Both the position numbers and the translations under genes were made by a program. Positions 18,760 to 28,749 of a stretch of DNA of 64,000 bases are shown here, piece by piece (the stretch's first letter is position 1; the number at the start of each line of letters is the position of its first letter). The DNA is from Candidatus Sericytochromatia bacterium (GTDB taxonomy: Bacteria; Cyanobacteriota; Sericytochromatia; S15B-MN24; VGJW01), in NCBI GenBank assembly GCA_035285865.1, contig JAYKHS010000026.1:77766-141765 (forward strand), written 5' to 3'. The notes beneath the pieces are model-generated. The model was not told the origin of the DNA and made no database searches. It saw only the letters and a list, made by a program, of their open reading frames with translations.

Positions 18760-19842
18760 ATGCTCAAGACCGGATTCCCCGGGCGATTCTCCCGCGTGTT
18801 GCTCTGGGCCGCGCTGTCCGGGCCATTTCTTCCCGGCCCCCCGGTGGCGGCCCACGCGTCCCAGACGCTCGATTGGCTGCCAGTTGCCAGGCGTGCTGTC
18901 GTTGCCATCGAGACCCTCGACAGGCCGGCGGGCCCCTTGGAGGGCATACTTCCCGTCATGCCCGGCGAGCCCGGCGGCGGCACGGGCCGAGGAGCCGGAT
19001 TCCGATGGCTGCGGGAAGGTCTGGTGGTCACGAGTGCGCACGTCGTCCAGGACGCCCTTCGTGTGCGTGTGGGAACGGGTGACGGTGCCTGGTGGCCTGG
19101 ACGCCTGGTCGGCGTGGATCGCCCCTCGGACCTTGCCTTGGTCGCCGTGGATGCCTGGGGATCGGCCGAGGGCCTTGCTCTGGCGGACGAGGATCGTCTG
19201 GGCGTCGGTGACCCTGTCCTCGCAATCGGTCATCCGCTTGGGCTCGAAGGCACCGTGACGCGTGGCATCGTGAGCGCGCTGGACCGCGGCTTGCCGATCG
19301 CCGATCGGATCGACTTCATCCAGACCGACGCGTGTCTGCAGCCGGGTTCATCGGGTGGGCCGCTGCTCGATGCGGATGGCCGCGTCGTCGGCGTCAATGC
19401 CGCGGTGGCTCGTCACTTGCCGGGCATCGGTTTCGCCGTACCGGCACGGATCGTTCGATGGGTGCTGCCGAGACTGCGCGCCGGCAAGGGGATCGTGCGC
19501 GGACAGTTGTCGGCGACGTGGACCGAGCAGACGGAAGAGCGCCCCTGGCATCAGCCCAGCCACGATGGGGTGCTGCTGGTAGCGGCTGCTCCCGGGGGAG
19601 CGGTCGCAAGGGCGGGTCTGCGCCCGGGCGATCGCCTCCTTTCGCTGGGAGGGCGGGCAATCCTGAATCCGGCGGACGTGGGGCGCTTCTTGTTGTGCAC
19701 TGTACCGGGACAGACCGTGGACGCCGAGTTCACGCGGGGCGCGAGCCGGGAACGTGTCATACTGACGCTGGATGCGGTGCCAGGTGACGATGAGCTTCGA
19801 GGACAGTTTCCGGCGTATCGTCGGCCAACTGCCCGGCCATGA
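18760..19842 (+). CDS. HtrA/DegP-like S1C serine protease with PDZ domain
   Basis: VVTSAHVV, SDLAL, QTDACLQPGSSGGPL and a PDZ domain (AGLRPGDRL); start uncertain. Confidence 0.9.
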   Translation: MLKTGFPGRFSRVLLWAALSGPFLPGPPVAAHASQTLDWLPVARRAVVAIETLDRPAGPLEGILPVMPGEPGGGTGRGAGFRWLREGLVVTSAHVVQDALRVRVGTGDGAWWPGRLVGVDRPSDLALVAVDAWGSAEGLALADEDRLGVGDPVLAIGHPLGLEGTVTRGIVSALDRGLPIADRIDFIQTDACLQPGSSGGPLLDADGRVVGVNAAVARHLPGIGFAVPARIVRWVLPRLRAGKGIVRGQLSATWTEQTEERPWHQPSHDGVLLVAAAPGGAVARAGLRPGDRLLSLGGRAILNPADVGRFLLCTVPGQTVDAEFTRGASRERVILTLDAVPGDDELRGQFPAYRRPTARP

Positions 19843-21736
19843 GCCCAGGGCGGCTCAGGAACTCATGGCGGCCACCGTGGATGACGCCCTGCAGCGTGGC
19901 CGCCATGCCCTCGTCGAGGCCGGCACGGGCTGCGGCAAGTCCTTCGCCTACCTGATTCCCTTGCTGCTCGGCGAAGGGCCCGTCGTGGTCTCCACGGCCT
20001 CCATCGCGCTGCAGGAGCAGCTTCTGCTCAAGGACTTGCCCTTTCTGGAACAGGCGATGGGGCGTTCCATCCCGGTGGTGCTTGCCAAGGGGCGAAATCA
20101 CTACCTTTGCCAGCAGAAGTTCTGGGAGCTCGATCGCATCCTGCCCGTGACGGATGCCCGGCGTCCTGCATTCGAGGATCTGCGTGGCCGCCTGGCGTCA
20201 TGGGACATGGACGTGGCGAGCCTCGACAGCCGCATTCCCGACGATCTCTGGTCCGAGCTGGGCCAGACCTCGGAGGATTGCCTGGGACCCCGATGCGAGT
20301 TCCATGACCGCAACCCCATGCGCATCCAACGCCAGCGCATGGCCGATGCCCATCTCATCGTCACCAACCACGCCTTCTACATGGCCGACGTGGCGCTCGG
20401 GGGGCAGCTGCTCCCGCCGCACCGGGCGGTGGTCTTCGACGAGGCCCACCATCTCCCTGCCGTGGCGACTCAGGCCTATCTCGCGACCATCGGCCGCTAC
20501 AGCCAGCTCGCCCTGCTGCAGAAGATTCGCCGCAGGGTCGCGCCTGTCCCCGAAGGCCTCGCCCGCAACCTGATCGGGCTGGAGGCGACGCTCTTCGAAT
20601 GCCTGCTCTCGGCCGCGGAAGGCGGGCCTATGCCTCCATCTCCTCTGGCTGCCCAGCAGCAGGGACGCACGTCCTTTCGGCTCTTTCCCGACGGCCGCTT
20701 CCTGGACGTCGCGGAAGGCATTCTGGAACAACTTGGCGAGCTGCGGCACTGGCTGAAGTCCGAGCCAACGCCCGACGGTCTGCTGCCCGAGTTGGCGAGC
20801 AAGGCTCCGCTCCACCGCGAGCGCTGCCGGATGCAGCTCGACGGCCTGATGCGGCGCTGGGAGCACTTCGCGCGCGAGGCGGATCCGGGCGGAGACCGGG
20901 TGGCGTGGGTCGAGCTGGATCGGCATCGGGGTACCTTCGAACTCAAGAGCGCGCCGCTCGAAACCGGAAGTACCCTTGCCCGGGACCTCTGGAGCAAGCG
21001 GCCGGCCATCCTGACTTCGGCAACGCTCGCCGTCGATGGCGATTTTTCCTACTTCAGGCGGCAACTGGCCATTCCGGACCCCGTGGAGCTGGCCGTGGCG
21101 AGTCCCTTCGACTACCGTCGCCAGGCGACGCTCTATGTCCCGAGGTTGTTGCCACAGCCCAATGAGCCGGGCTTCGCGGAAGAAGCCCGCCGTGCCATCC
21201 GGGACATCCTCGAATTTTCGCAGGGCAGAGCTTTCGTGCTGTTCACGGCACATCGCGCGATGAGGGCGGCCTTCCGGACGCTCGAGCCCGATCTGCCGTT
21301 CCCCGCGCGACAGCAGGGGGACGCGCCCAGGACGGTCCTGCTGGACTGGTTCCGCCAGACGCCTCATGCCGTTCTGTTCGCGACGTCCAGCTTCTGGGAA
21401 GGGGTCGATGTTCCCGGGGATGCCCTGTCCTGCGTCATCATCGATCGTCTGCCGTTCTCCGTGCCCGACGACCCTGTGGTTCAGGCACGGGTCGACCAAC
21501 TCAAGGCCAGAGGACGGGACTGGTTCGGCGAGTACACCCTGCCCGAGGCCATCATTCGCCTGAAGCAGGGCTTCGGGCGCCTGATCCGGACAGGTTCGGA
21601 CCGCGGTCTCGTGGCGATTCTCGACAATCGTCTGCTGACGAAGGCCTACGGCGCGAGCATCCTCAAGGCCTTGCCGGATTGCCCGACGGTCCGGGATCTC
21701 GACGAGGTCCGCTCGCTCGGGATCGGTCCGGCCTAG
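19790..21736 (+). CDS. dinG: DinG/YoaA family ATP-dependent helicase (Fe-S type)
   Basis: EAGTGCGKS, KGRNHYLC, DEAH, TSATL, FWEGVDVPG and QGFGRLIR. Confidence 0.93.
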   Translation: MSFEDSFRRIVGQLPGHEPRAAQELMAATVDDALQRGRHALVEAGTGCGKSFAYLIPLLLGEGPVVVSTASIALQEQLLLKDLPFLEQAMGRSIPVVLAKGRNHYLCQQKFWELDRILPVTDARRPAFEDLRGRLASWDMDVASLDSRIPDDLWSELGQTSEDCLGPRCEFHDRNPMRIQRQRMADAHLIVTNHAFYMADVALGGQLLPPHRAVVFDEAHHLPAVATQAYLATIGRYSQLALLQKIRRRVAPVPEGLARNLIGLEATLFECLLSAAEGGPMPPSPLAAQQQGRTSFRLFPDGRFLDVAEGILEQLGELRHWLKSEPTPDGLLPELASKAPLHRERCRMQLDGLMRRWEHFAREADPGGDRVAWVELDRHRGTFELKSAPLETGSTLARDLWSKRPAILTSATLAVDGDFSYFRRQLAIPDPVELAVASPFDYRRQATLYVPRLLPQPNEPGFAEEARRAIRDILEFSQGRAFVLFTAHRAMRAAFRTLEPDLPFPARQQGDAPRTVLLDWFRQTPHAVLFATSSFWEGVDVPGDALSCVIIDRLPFSVPDDPVVQARVDQLKARGRDWFGEYTLPEAIIRLKQGFGRLIRTGSDRGLVAILDNRLLTKAYGASILKALPDCPTVRDLDEVRSLGIGPA

Positions 21737-22713
21737 AAGCGTCGATAGTAGATCGTCCCGAGGGTACGGTCCGTCATGGCATTGCGTGACAGGCCCATAT
21801 CCGGGTCGAGACCCAGCGCAAGACGGATTCCCTCGCCCTCGGCGAGGCGCCACTCCACGGACGGCGTGACCTTGAGCTTGGCTTGCAGCTGGGCGCTCTC
21901 GGCGAGGCCGGGCAGGTCCGACTGTGCGCGGAAGGCCGTGATGCCCAGACCGAACCAGCCGTCCGGAATGATCTCGAGCTCGCCTTGCCATGTCCCCAGC
22001 AGCGCCCTGCCCAGATAGAAGACCGGCACGGGCCCCGCCGAAAGAGCAGCCAGAGGCTGCTGCCATGCCAGATTCAGACTCTGGGACCACATCTGATCGC
22101 TCCAGAGCATCGCGACTCCGATCTGGCCCGTAGGCAGACCGAGTCCGGTCATGTCCGCTGCGGCTCCCGCGAAGCGCCCTGTCGGCAACGTCAGGCCACC
22201 CCACAGCGCCACCGAGGGCCACATGCCTTCCCCATCGCGGACGGTCCATGCCCCTTGCAACGCGATGTCTGCCAGACCGCCACCCTGGCTCTCGCGCGGG
22301 ATGGCCTCACCCGTTTCCTCGTCGCTGGTGTCGAGCGGCGCGACCTTGCCGAGGGCTGCCCATCGCGCACCATCGAGGCGATTCAGGGCACCGGGCAGCG
22401 TCATGGACAGCGCGAGGCCGTCGCTTGGGTACCACGTCAGGGCCGTCTGTACCTGAAGGCTGCGCAAGCTGCTGCCAATCGGCTTGTCCACCCACGCCCC
22501 CGCCTCGTTGAAGCTCCCCGTGATGTCGCGGACGGAGACTCCCGTCTGGACAAGCCAGTTCCCCATGCCGCCGAACATGCTTCCGGCACCGGCCAAGGAA
22601 CCGATGTCGGCACCGCTACCGGGAAGTCCACAGCCGCAGGTGGTACAGGCCTCTGCGCGGCCGGCCGCAAGACTTGCCACGATGGCGAGAGACAGCGCGC
22701 GGCGCAGCATCAT
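21733..22713 (-). CDS. Putative outer-membrane beta-barrel with N-terminal CxxCGC motif
   Basis: Signal peptide (AEA), mature CTTCGC, GGLADIAL, LTLPTG and a C-terminal Phe. Confidence 0.7.
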   Translation of the reverse strand: MMLRRALSLAIVASLAAGRAEACTTCGCGLPGSGADIGSLAGAGSMFGGMGNWLVQTGVSVRDITGSFNEAGAWVDKPIGSSLRSLQVQTALTWYPSDGLALSMTLPGALNRLDGARWAALGKVAPLDTSDEETGEAIPRESQGGGLADIALQGAWTVRDGEGMWPSVALWGGLTLPTGRFAGAAADMTGLGLPTGQIGVAMLWSDQMWSQSLNLAWQQPLAALSAGPVPVFYLGRALLGTWQGELEIIPDGWFGLGITAFRAQSDLPGLAESAQLQAKLKVTPSVEWRLAEGEGIRLALGLDPDMGLSRNAMTDRTLGTIYYRRF

Positions 22714-23255
22714 GGCTGTGGACCCTCCCGAGCGGTAAGAGGCAGGAGCTTCCGGATGGCCGACACCAACTCTCCTGATGGGGGAGGGCCTGCCCACTGC
22801 TTGCGGATGTTGCCTGCCTGATCCGCCAGCACCAGTGTCGGGTAGCCGCGGACGCCGCGGAACCTGCGGCGCAGGGCGTCATCGCCGACGATGACGGGAA
22901 AAGGCAGGTGCAGTTGCTCGGCCAGTGCGGTGCGTGCCTGCTGGTCGGCAGGTGCATCCATCGTCAGCGCGACGAGGCGCAGGCCCGAGGGACCCAGTTC
23001 GTCCTGGAGGGCGGCGAGTTCGGGCCACTCACCCATGCAGATCGTGCACCAAGGGGCCCACAGCACGATCAGGGCAACGTGCCCCCGTAGCGCGGCGCTG
23101 TCCCACACCATGCCATCTCCGAGGCCGGGCTGCCGGAATGTCGGCAACGGTCGTTCCCCGAGCAGGGCGGCCTCCGCAACCATCAGGCGAGACGACAGCA
23201 CCAGCGCCATGAGTGCCAGCGACAGCCCGGCTGCGTTGTGGATGCCTCCTGCCAT
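22710..23255 (-). CDS. TlpA/ResA family thiol-disulfide oxidoreductase
   Basis: WAPWCTIC, VRGYPTLVLAD and an N-terminal signal/anchor. Confidence 0.9.
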   Translation of the reverse strand: MAGGIHNAAGLSLALMALVLSSRLMVAEAALLGERPLPTFRQPGLGDGMVWDSAALRGHVALIVLWAPWCTICMGEWPELAALQDELGPSGLRLVALTMDAPADQQARTALAEQLHLPFPVIVGDDALRRRFRGVRGYPTLVLADQAGNIRKQWAGPPPSGELVSAIRKLLPLTAREGPQP

Positions 23256-23289
23256 GAGTCCATCCTACCCCCGGGATGCCCCGGGGGGC

Positions 23290-24687
23290 TCAATTGCCGC
23301 CGATTCCCGGAAGGGTTTCCTGACTGCCGGCGAGTCGTGTCGTGATCTTCGGTGTCACGACAATGATGATCTCGGATTCGGCCTTGGAGTCGACGGTCGT
23401 CTGGAAGAAGGCGCCCAGCAGGGGGATGTCTCCAAGTAGCGGGATTTTCACGACGCTTTTTGTCACGTCCGTGCGCTTGAGGCCGCCGATGACGATACTC
23501 TCGCCATCCTTGACCCGCATCGTGGTCTCGACCTTGCGGGAGTCGATGATGGGCACGGCATTGCCGTTGACGATGACATCCCCGGTCTTGGCCGAAATCT
23601 CGGGGGCCAGCTCGAGGGTCACGAAGCCCTTGGTATCGATGCGTGGCGTGATGTTCAGGATTTGTCCGGCTTCCTGGAAACTGATCTGCGTGGTCGCGAA
23701 GCCATTTGGCGTGATGGTGACGTTCGTGACCGGGAACTTGTTGACGATCGTGATGGTTGCCTTCTTGTTGTCCTGGGCGGCCACCTTTGGATTGGCGAGC
23801 ACGGTTGCGTTGTTGTTCTGGATGGCGGCGTCAAGCCGGGCATTGAAGTTGGCCGTGAGGTTGTCCAGCGCGTGGAACGTGATCGCGGTGCCGCCATTGG
23901 TCGTCGCGGGGTTGCCGGCCTGATTCCCGGCGCCGCCCGCAGTGGTATTGGGGTTGCTGTTGTTGAAGGAAGCCCCGAACTTGGATCCGCCGAATCCATA
24001 GTTGATGCCGAGTTGCTCGCTGACGCGCGAGGAGACTTCGATCATCTTGACCTCGATGAGAACCTGGGGGGTCGGGATGTCCAAGGCCTGGATGAGCGCC
24101 TTGGCGCGATCCAGCGTGTCTTCCGAAGCCGTGATGATGAGGCTGTTGGTGCGATCATCGCTGAGGATTCGGATTGTCTCGTTGCCGGCCTTCTCGTCGC
24201 CTTGCGCCAAAGCCTGCTTGATGCGGGGTTCGAGGTCCGTGACCTTGCTGTTGTCGATGCGGAAGAGCACCGTTTGCATGCCCGTGAACTTCTTCTTGGC
24301 GAAGACCTCGCGCGTGGCGATCAGGAGCGTCGAGCCGACCCGGCGGGCCTCCAGATCCTGCATCTTCATGACGAGGCTCAGGGCTTCCTCGAGTGGTACG
24401 GCCTTGAGCGAGATCGTGACCTTGCCTTGGACCGAATCATCAATCAGTAGGTTCATGCCGCCCTTGCGTCCCATGGTTTCCAGAATCTGCCGAACGTCAA
24501 CGTTCGCAAGGTTGAGGGTGACGAGGGTGGGGTTCTGGATGAGGCGCGTGCGCTCCACGCCGAGGGAGCGATCGCCCACGGCCCGGACATCGCTGCCGGA
24601 GGCCTGTGCCCGGGCGGGCTGCATCTGTCCCGAAAGGGTCACTGCAGCCGCCATCAGGCCCAGGATGCGTCGGGTCCGGCTTCTCAT
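23290..24687 (-). CDS. pilQ: Type IV pilus secretin
   Basis: Secretin N domains (DDRTNSLII), QVLIEVKMIEV and KIPLLGDIPLLGAFF. Confidence 0.93.
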   Translation of the reverse strand: MRSRTRRILGLMAAAVTLSGQMQPARAQASGSDVRAVGDRSLGVERTRLIQNPTLVTLNLANVDVRQILETMGRKGGMNLLIDDSVQGKVTISLKAVPLEEALSLVMKMQDLEARRVGSTLLIATREVFAKKKFTGMQTVLFRIDNSKVTDLEPRIKQALAQGDEKAGNETIRILSDDRTNSLIITASEDTLDRAKALIQALDIPTPQVLIEVKMIEVSSRVSEQLGINYGFGGSKFGASFNNSNPNTTAGGAGNQAGNPATTNGGTAITFHALDNLTANFNARLDAAIQNNNATVLANPKVAAQDNKKATITIVNKFPVTNVTITPNGFATTQISFQEAGQILNITPRIDTKGFVTLELAPEISAKTGDVIVNGNAVPIIDSRKVETTMRVKDGESIVIGGLKRTDVTKSVVKIPLLGDIPLLGAFFQTTVDSKAESEIIIVVTPKITTRLAGSQETLPGIGGN

Positions 24688-25346
24688 GGCGTGGTCTGTC
24701 CTCCGATGTTCTTGACGAAGCGGCGACCGCGGCTGAGCAGGACCACCTGGGCGCTGTTGATGCTGACGACCTTGGAGCCGTCCTCGAGAATCTCGCCGAT
24801 GCGTGCCTCGCGAGTCAGGCCATCGAGTTCAAGCACGGCGAGTGCCTCGCGGCCCGTGTTCAGGATGCCCTGAAGCTCCCAGAGCGGTTCGTCGGGATCG
24901 AGATAGACGATCTCCTCGATGTACTGGCCGCCTGGGCCCGGCCTGCGCAGGGTGCGGGCAACCTTGCCCGGAGGGGGCACGATGACCGGGGGTGGAGTCA
25001 GCTTGGGCTTGAGGATGATGGGGGCGGGAATGGGGGCGATCGGTATCGTCTTGTCCCGAAGCAGGGAACGGAAGGGGTCTTCGCGTCCCGACTTCGACCG
25101 GGCCTCGCGGATCAGCTGGTGGATCTTGGACTCCCGCTTGGTGGTGGCTGGTCCGGGATTGGGGGCTGAACCCGTCGCGGGCGGCAGCGATGCACCGAAC
25201 TCCGGGTTGCCCGATCCACTGGCGGTGCCCACGACGGGTGGCAGGCCACCGACGTCACCGGTGGCGACCTGCTGGGCCCGAACGGGGTCGGGCGCCAGCC
25301 AGAGGCCAGCAGCGAAGAGGGCGAGACCGCTATTGGTCCAGCGCAT
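24684..25346 (-). CDS. pilP: PilP-like pilus assembly protein
   Basis: GREDPF motif, LQGIL...ALAVL...IGE...VVSI; located between pilO and pilQ. Confidence 0.7.
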   Translation of the reverse strand: MRWTNSGLALFAAGLWLAPDPVRAQQVATGDVGGLPPVVGTASGSGNPEFGASLPPATGSAPNPGPATTKRESKIHQLIREARSKSGREDPFRSLLRDKTIPIAPIPAPIILKPKLTPPPVIVPPPGKVARTLRRPGPGGQYIEEIVYLDPDEPLWELQGILNTGREALAVLELDGLTREARIGEILEDGSKVVSINSAQVVLLSRGRRFVKNIGGQTTP

Positions 25347-25977
25347 ACGTCGTCACTCGGAAATTGAACGTCAGGGACCTGTCCGCGGCATTGGTCTGGG
25401 CCTGTCGAGACCCACCTTCGCCGCCAGCCCCTCCTGCATTGGAAGGACTGATGGTCGGGGGGCCGACCTGCAACACGCCCTCATAACTGGAAAGTCGCTC
25501 AAGGAAAGAGACGAAGTCGGGGAACTTGCCGCTGACCTCCAGCTCGATGGTCTGGGTGCCCAGAGCAGCGAACTCCGCTGGCAGGGCCTCGTCGCCCGGC
25601 GCCTTCTCCTTGAGCGTGAAGTTGAACGGGGCGAAGCGTCGGATTTCGATCTTCGACTCGGCGGCAAGGGAAGCGAGATCAACCAGCAGGATGGAGAGGA
25701 CCTGAGTGTTGGCCGGAATGCCGCGGCGCATGCGCTCGAAGTCTTCCTCGTTCAAGCGCTCCCGCTCCGCAATCTCCGCCTCCGTGGTCGTCAGGCTCAC
25801 GGCGGCAAGCAGCGTCTGCTCGTTGGCGGCGATCGTGGTTCGCTTCTCGAGGTATTCCTCGAAGCGAGGCCAGGGTCCCAGCCATGTCTGCAGCAACAGC
25901 AGCAACAGGAAGAAGACCAGCGCGGCGTAGCGCTGCTGCTCCGGATTGAAGGAGCGTCCGAAAAGCTCGATGTTCAC
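25330..25977 (-). CDS. pilO: Type IV pilus assembly protein PilO
   Basis: TM, coiled coil and IELEVSGKFPDFVSFLERL. Confidence 0.85.
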   Translation of the reverse strand: MNIELFGRSFNPEQQRYAALVFFLLLLLLQTWLGPWPRFEEYLEKRTTIAANEQTLLAAVSLTTTEAEIAERERLNEEDFERMRRGIPANTQVLSILLVDLASLAAESKIEIRRFAPFNFTLKEKAPGDEALPAEFAALGTQTIELEVSGKFPDFVSFLERLSSYEGVLQVGPPTISPSNAGGAGGEGGSRQAQTNAADRSLTFNFRVTTYALDQ

Positions 25978-25980
25978 GGA

Positions 25981-26649
25981 TCAGGACGCTTCCTTGTCCT
26001 GCTCGGCCGGCGCCGGTGCTTCTGCCTTGGCCTTGGCCGCAGGTGCAGCAGCCGCCGGGGCATTGCCCGCCGCATCCTCGTGCGTGACGCGGACCGTGAT
26101 CTCGAAGTTCAGCGCGCCATCCTCGCCCGGCTCCATCTCGATGGGCTTCAAGGCAGGGTCCGCGAAGTTCCGGGCCGTCTGCAGATTGGTGTAAAGATAC
26201 GCGATCGAGCGCGAATCGAGCGCCGAGCCTCGCAGGACGAACGTGTTGCCCGAGGCGCTCAGATCCGTCAACCAGAGGTCCGTGGGTGTCAGCATCCGCA
26301 ACTCTTCGAGGACCTCGGCCCACGGGTTTGACCTGTCGATCATGGAGCGGAGTGCACCGTAAGCTTGCTCGCGTAGCTCGAGCTGGTTCTTGCGCTTGCT
26401 GAGCTTGGTCTTGCCGGCACTGGTGACCTTGAGCTGCTCGTTTTGCTTGGCGAGCGTCTCGTCGGCAGGTGCGATCAGTTGGGTATCCACCAGACCTGTC
26501 GTGAGAACTGGAAGGCCCAGAGCGACGACACACCCGACCACGACGATGAAGACGAAGCCCGGGTCCAGGTTGGCCAGATAGGGCGGCAGCTTGATCCCGG
26601 CAATCTCCTTGGATTCCGGGGGCAGCAGGTTGACCTTCAGGACCTTCAT
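25981..26649 (-). CDS. pilN: Type IV pilus assembly protein PilN
   Basis: VNLLP motif, TM and WAEVLEELRMLTPTDLWLT. Confidence 0.9.
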   Translation of the reverse strand: MKVLKVNLLPPESKEIAGIKLPPYLANLDPGFVFIVVVGCVVALGLPVLTTGLVDTQLIAPADETLAKQNEQLKVTSAGKTKLSKRKNQLELREQAYGALRSMIDRSNPWAEVLEELRMLTPTDLWLTDLSASGNTFVLRGSALDSRSIAYLYTNLQTARNFADPALKPIEMEPGEDGALNFEITVRVTHEDAAGNAPAAAAPAAKAKAEAPAPAEQDKEAS

Positions 26650-27770
26650 TCGCCCAACGCCCCCCTCATCGCGAGGCCGATGGCCGTGGCCAGGGTGGGG
26701 CCTTGGGGCAGCAGGATGTCAGGCGGGAACTCGGATTCGTCGAACTCGATATGGTGGAACGGATTGATGGGTTCGACCGGCATGGCCACGCGGCTCGCAA
26801 GATAACGTTCGATGCCGCGGATGTTCCCGCCGCGACCGGACAGCACCACGCGATCGATGGGGTCGGAGCCTTGGGCGAGATAGAAGTCGAGGGAGCGACT
26901 GATCTCGCCCGTCAACTCGCCAAGGGCGGGCCGGATGCTCTCGGCCGCCTGCTCGGCTTCAGGTGACATGTCGAAACCACCCTGTGGGTCGACATCGACT
27001 TCGTCGAGCAACTTTCGCGCCGTTTCTTCGTCCACGCCCATGCTGTTGATGAGCAGATCGAGCAGGTAGGCGAAGCCGATGGGAATCGAACGCGTGAACC
27101 GGGGCACCCCCGACACCAGGATGTTGATGTCCGTCGTCCAGCCCTGAATGTGCACGAGCGCGGTCGTCATCTCGTCTCGGCACTGGTCGGTGTCGGCAAT
27201 GGTCCGGATGATGGCGAACGACGCGACATCTAGCGCATCCAGCTGGACCTCCGCACCTTTGAGGGCTTCCACCAGGGAGTTGACCAGTGTCTTCTGGGCT
27301 GCAACGAGAATGATCTCGTGCTTGAGGGCTCCGTCCTCCTCAATTTCGCCGACTCGGTCATAGGCCAGGTTGACGTCTTCGATGGCGAAGGGGATGTAGC
27401 GTTCGGCCTCGTAGCTGATGACTTCCTTGAGTTCGCTGTCCGGCATGGCGGGGAAGCGCACCGGACGGACGATGGTCGACTGTCCGGCCACGGCCGAAAC
27501 GGCACGCCTGCTCTCGATCTCGTTGTCAACGAGCAGGGCCTGGATCGTATCCGCAAGGGCGACCGGATCCGTGATCTCGCCCTCTTGGACCGAGTTCCAT
27601 GGCGTGTTGCCGAGTATGACCTGACGAAGGACCATGGCCCCCTTCACCCGGCGGAGTTCGACGATGACGATCGTGTCGGACGTGATGTCGATGCCGATGC
27701 GGATGATCGGCTTGAAGATGGCCCGGAGCCGCTCGAAGCCCTGTGTGATGGTCTGCTGGAAGTTCGCCAT
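26646..27770 (-). CDS. pilM: Type IV pilus assembly protein PilM
   Basis: IGIDI, EAERYIPF, EISRSLDFY and AIGLAMRG (FtsA/actin-like). Confidence 0.93.
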   Translation of the reverse strand: MANFQQTITQGFERLRAIFKPIIRIGIDITSDTIVIVELRRVKGAMVLRQVILGNTPWNSVQEGEITDPVALADTIQALLVDNEIESRRAVSAVAGQSTIVRPVRFPAMPDSELKEVISYEAERYIPFAIEDVNLAYDRVGEIEEDGALKHEIILVAAQKTLVNSLVEALKGAEVQLDALDVASFAIIRTIADTDQCRDEMTTALVHIQGWTTDINILVSGVPRFTRSIPIGFAYLLDLLINSMGVDEETARKLLDEVDVDPQGGFDMSPEAEQAAESIRPALGELTGEISRSLDFYLAQGSDPIDRVVLSGRGGNIRGIERYLASRVAMPVEPINPFHHIEFDESEFPPDILLPQGPTLATAIGLAMRGALGE

Positions 27771-27771
27771 C

Positions 27772-28713
27772 TCAGGCCAGGCCTTCCAGATACCAACGCA
27801 GCAGCCTGTCGCCGGTCAGCATGGCCACCCATCCCCCGAGGACCAGGGCCGGTCCGAACGGAAAGGGCCGGGTCTGCCGGTCGCGGATGGAGCGCCAAGT
27901 CGCGCTGATGCGATACCCCTGACGCACGAACTCGACGGCGATGCCCAGCAGGCTGCCGAAGACGAATGAACCAGCGATGGCCACCGCCAGAGGCTTGGGC
28001 CCAAGCCAAGCTCCCAGAGCAGCCGCGAGATGGGCGTCACCTCGTCCCAGGGCGTCGCGTCGGAAGACGGCGAAGGCTACGGATTCGAGGGCGCGGAAGC
28101 CCAGGTAGGCCGCGACTGTCGCAAGAATCGCCCCTGCGGGATTGCCCGCAAGCGCGTGCCAGACGAGTCCGGCCCAGACCAGCGGGAAGGTGATGCCCGT
28201 GGGCAGCATCATCGTGTCGACATCGATCCAGAAAAGGGCCATCGTGGCCGCGAAGAACCCGGACCAGGCAAGCGCGGCAGGCGTGGGCCCGAACTGCGTG
28301 AAGATCGCGAGACAGCCCGCTGCCGTGGCTGCCTCGACAAGTGGATAGCGGGGGGAAATGGCGACGGAGCAGTGGCGGCAACGCCCCCCAAGCAGCAGCC
28401 AGCCGATCACCGGGAGGTTGTCGTGCCAGGGGATGGGGTGACTGCAGCCAGGACACGCCGAACCGGGCTGGGCCAGATCGTAGTTGGCTCGGACCGGCAG
28501 GGGCTGCGCCACGGTGTGTTCGCCGATCTCGTAGGTGTGGTTGCCCCACGTGGGCAAGGGGACGCGGGGTTCGGCCATCGGGGCATAGCCGCCCATGATG
28601 GGGAGCCTGTGGATGACGACATTGAGGAAACTGCCCAGGATGGCTCCGAAAAGCACGGCCGCCACCGGAAGGAAGCCCGGCGGCCACCATGACGCATCGA
28701 AGGGGCTGGCCAT
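27772..28713 (-). CDS. pilD: Prepilin peptidase
   Basis: GSFLNVVIHRLP, CPGC...CRHC, ISPRYPLVE, GRGD and PFGPAL. Confidence 0.95.
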   Translation of the reverse strand: MASPFDASWWPPGFLPVAAVLFGAILGSFLNVVIHRLPIMGGYAPMAEPRVPLPTWGNHTYEIGEHTVAQPLPVRANYDLAQPGSACPGCSHPIPWHDNLPVIGWLLLGGRCRHCSVAISPRYPLVEAATAAGCLAIFTQFGPTPAALAWSGFFAATMALFWIDVDTMMLPTGITFPLVWAGLVWHALAGNPAGAILATVAAYLGFRALESVAFAVFRRDALGRGDAHLAAALGAWLGPKPLAVAIAGSFVFGSLLGIAVEFVRQGYRISATWRSIRDRQTRPFPFGPALVLGGWVAMLTGDRLLRWYLEGLA

Positions 28714-28749
28714 CGTCAACACCCGTTTGTACCACCCATCATGGCCATG

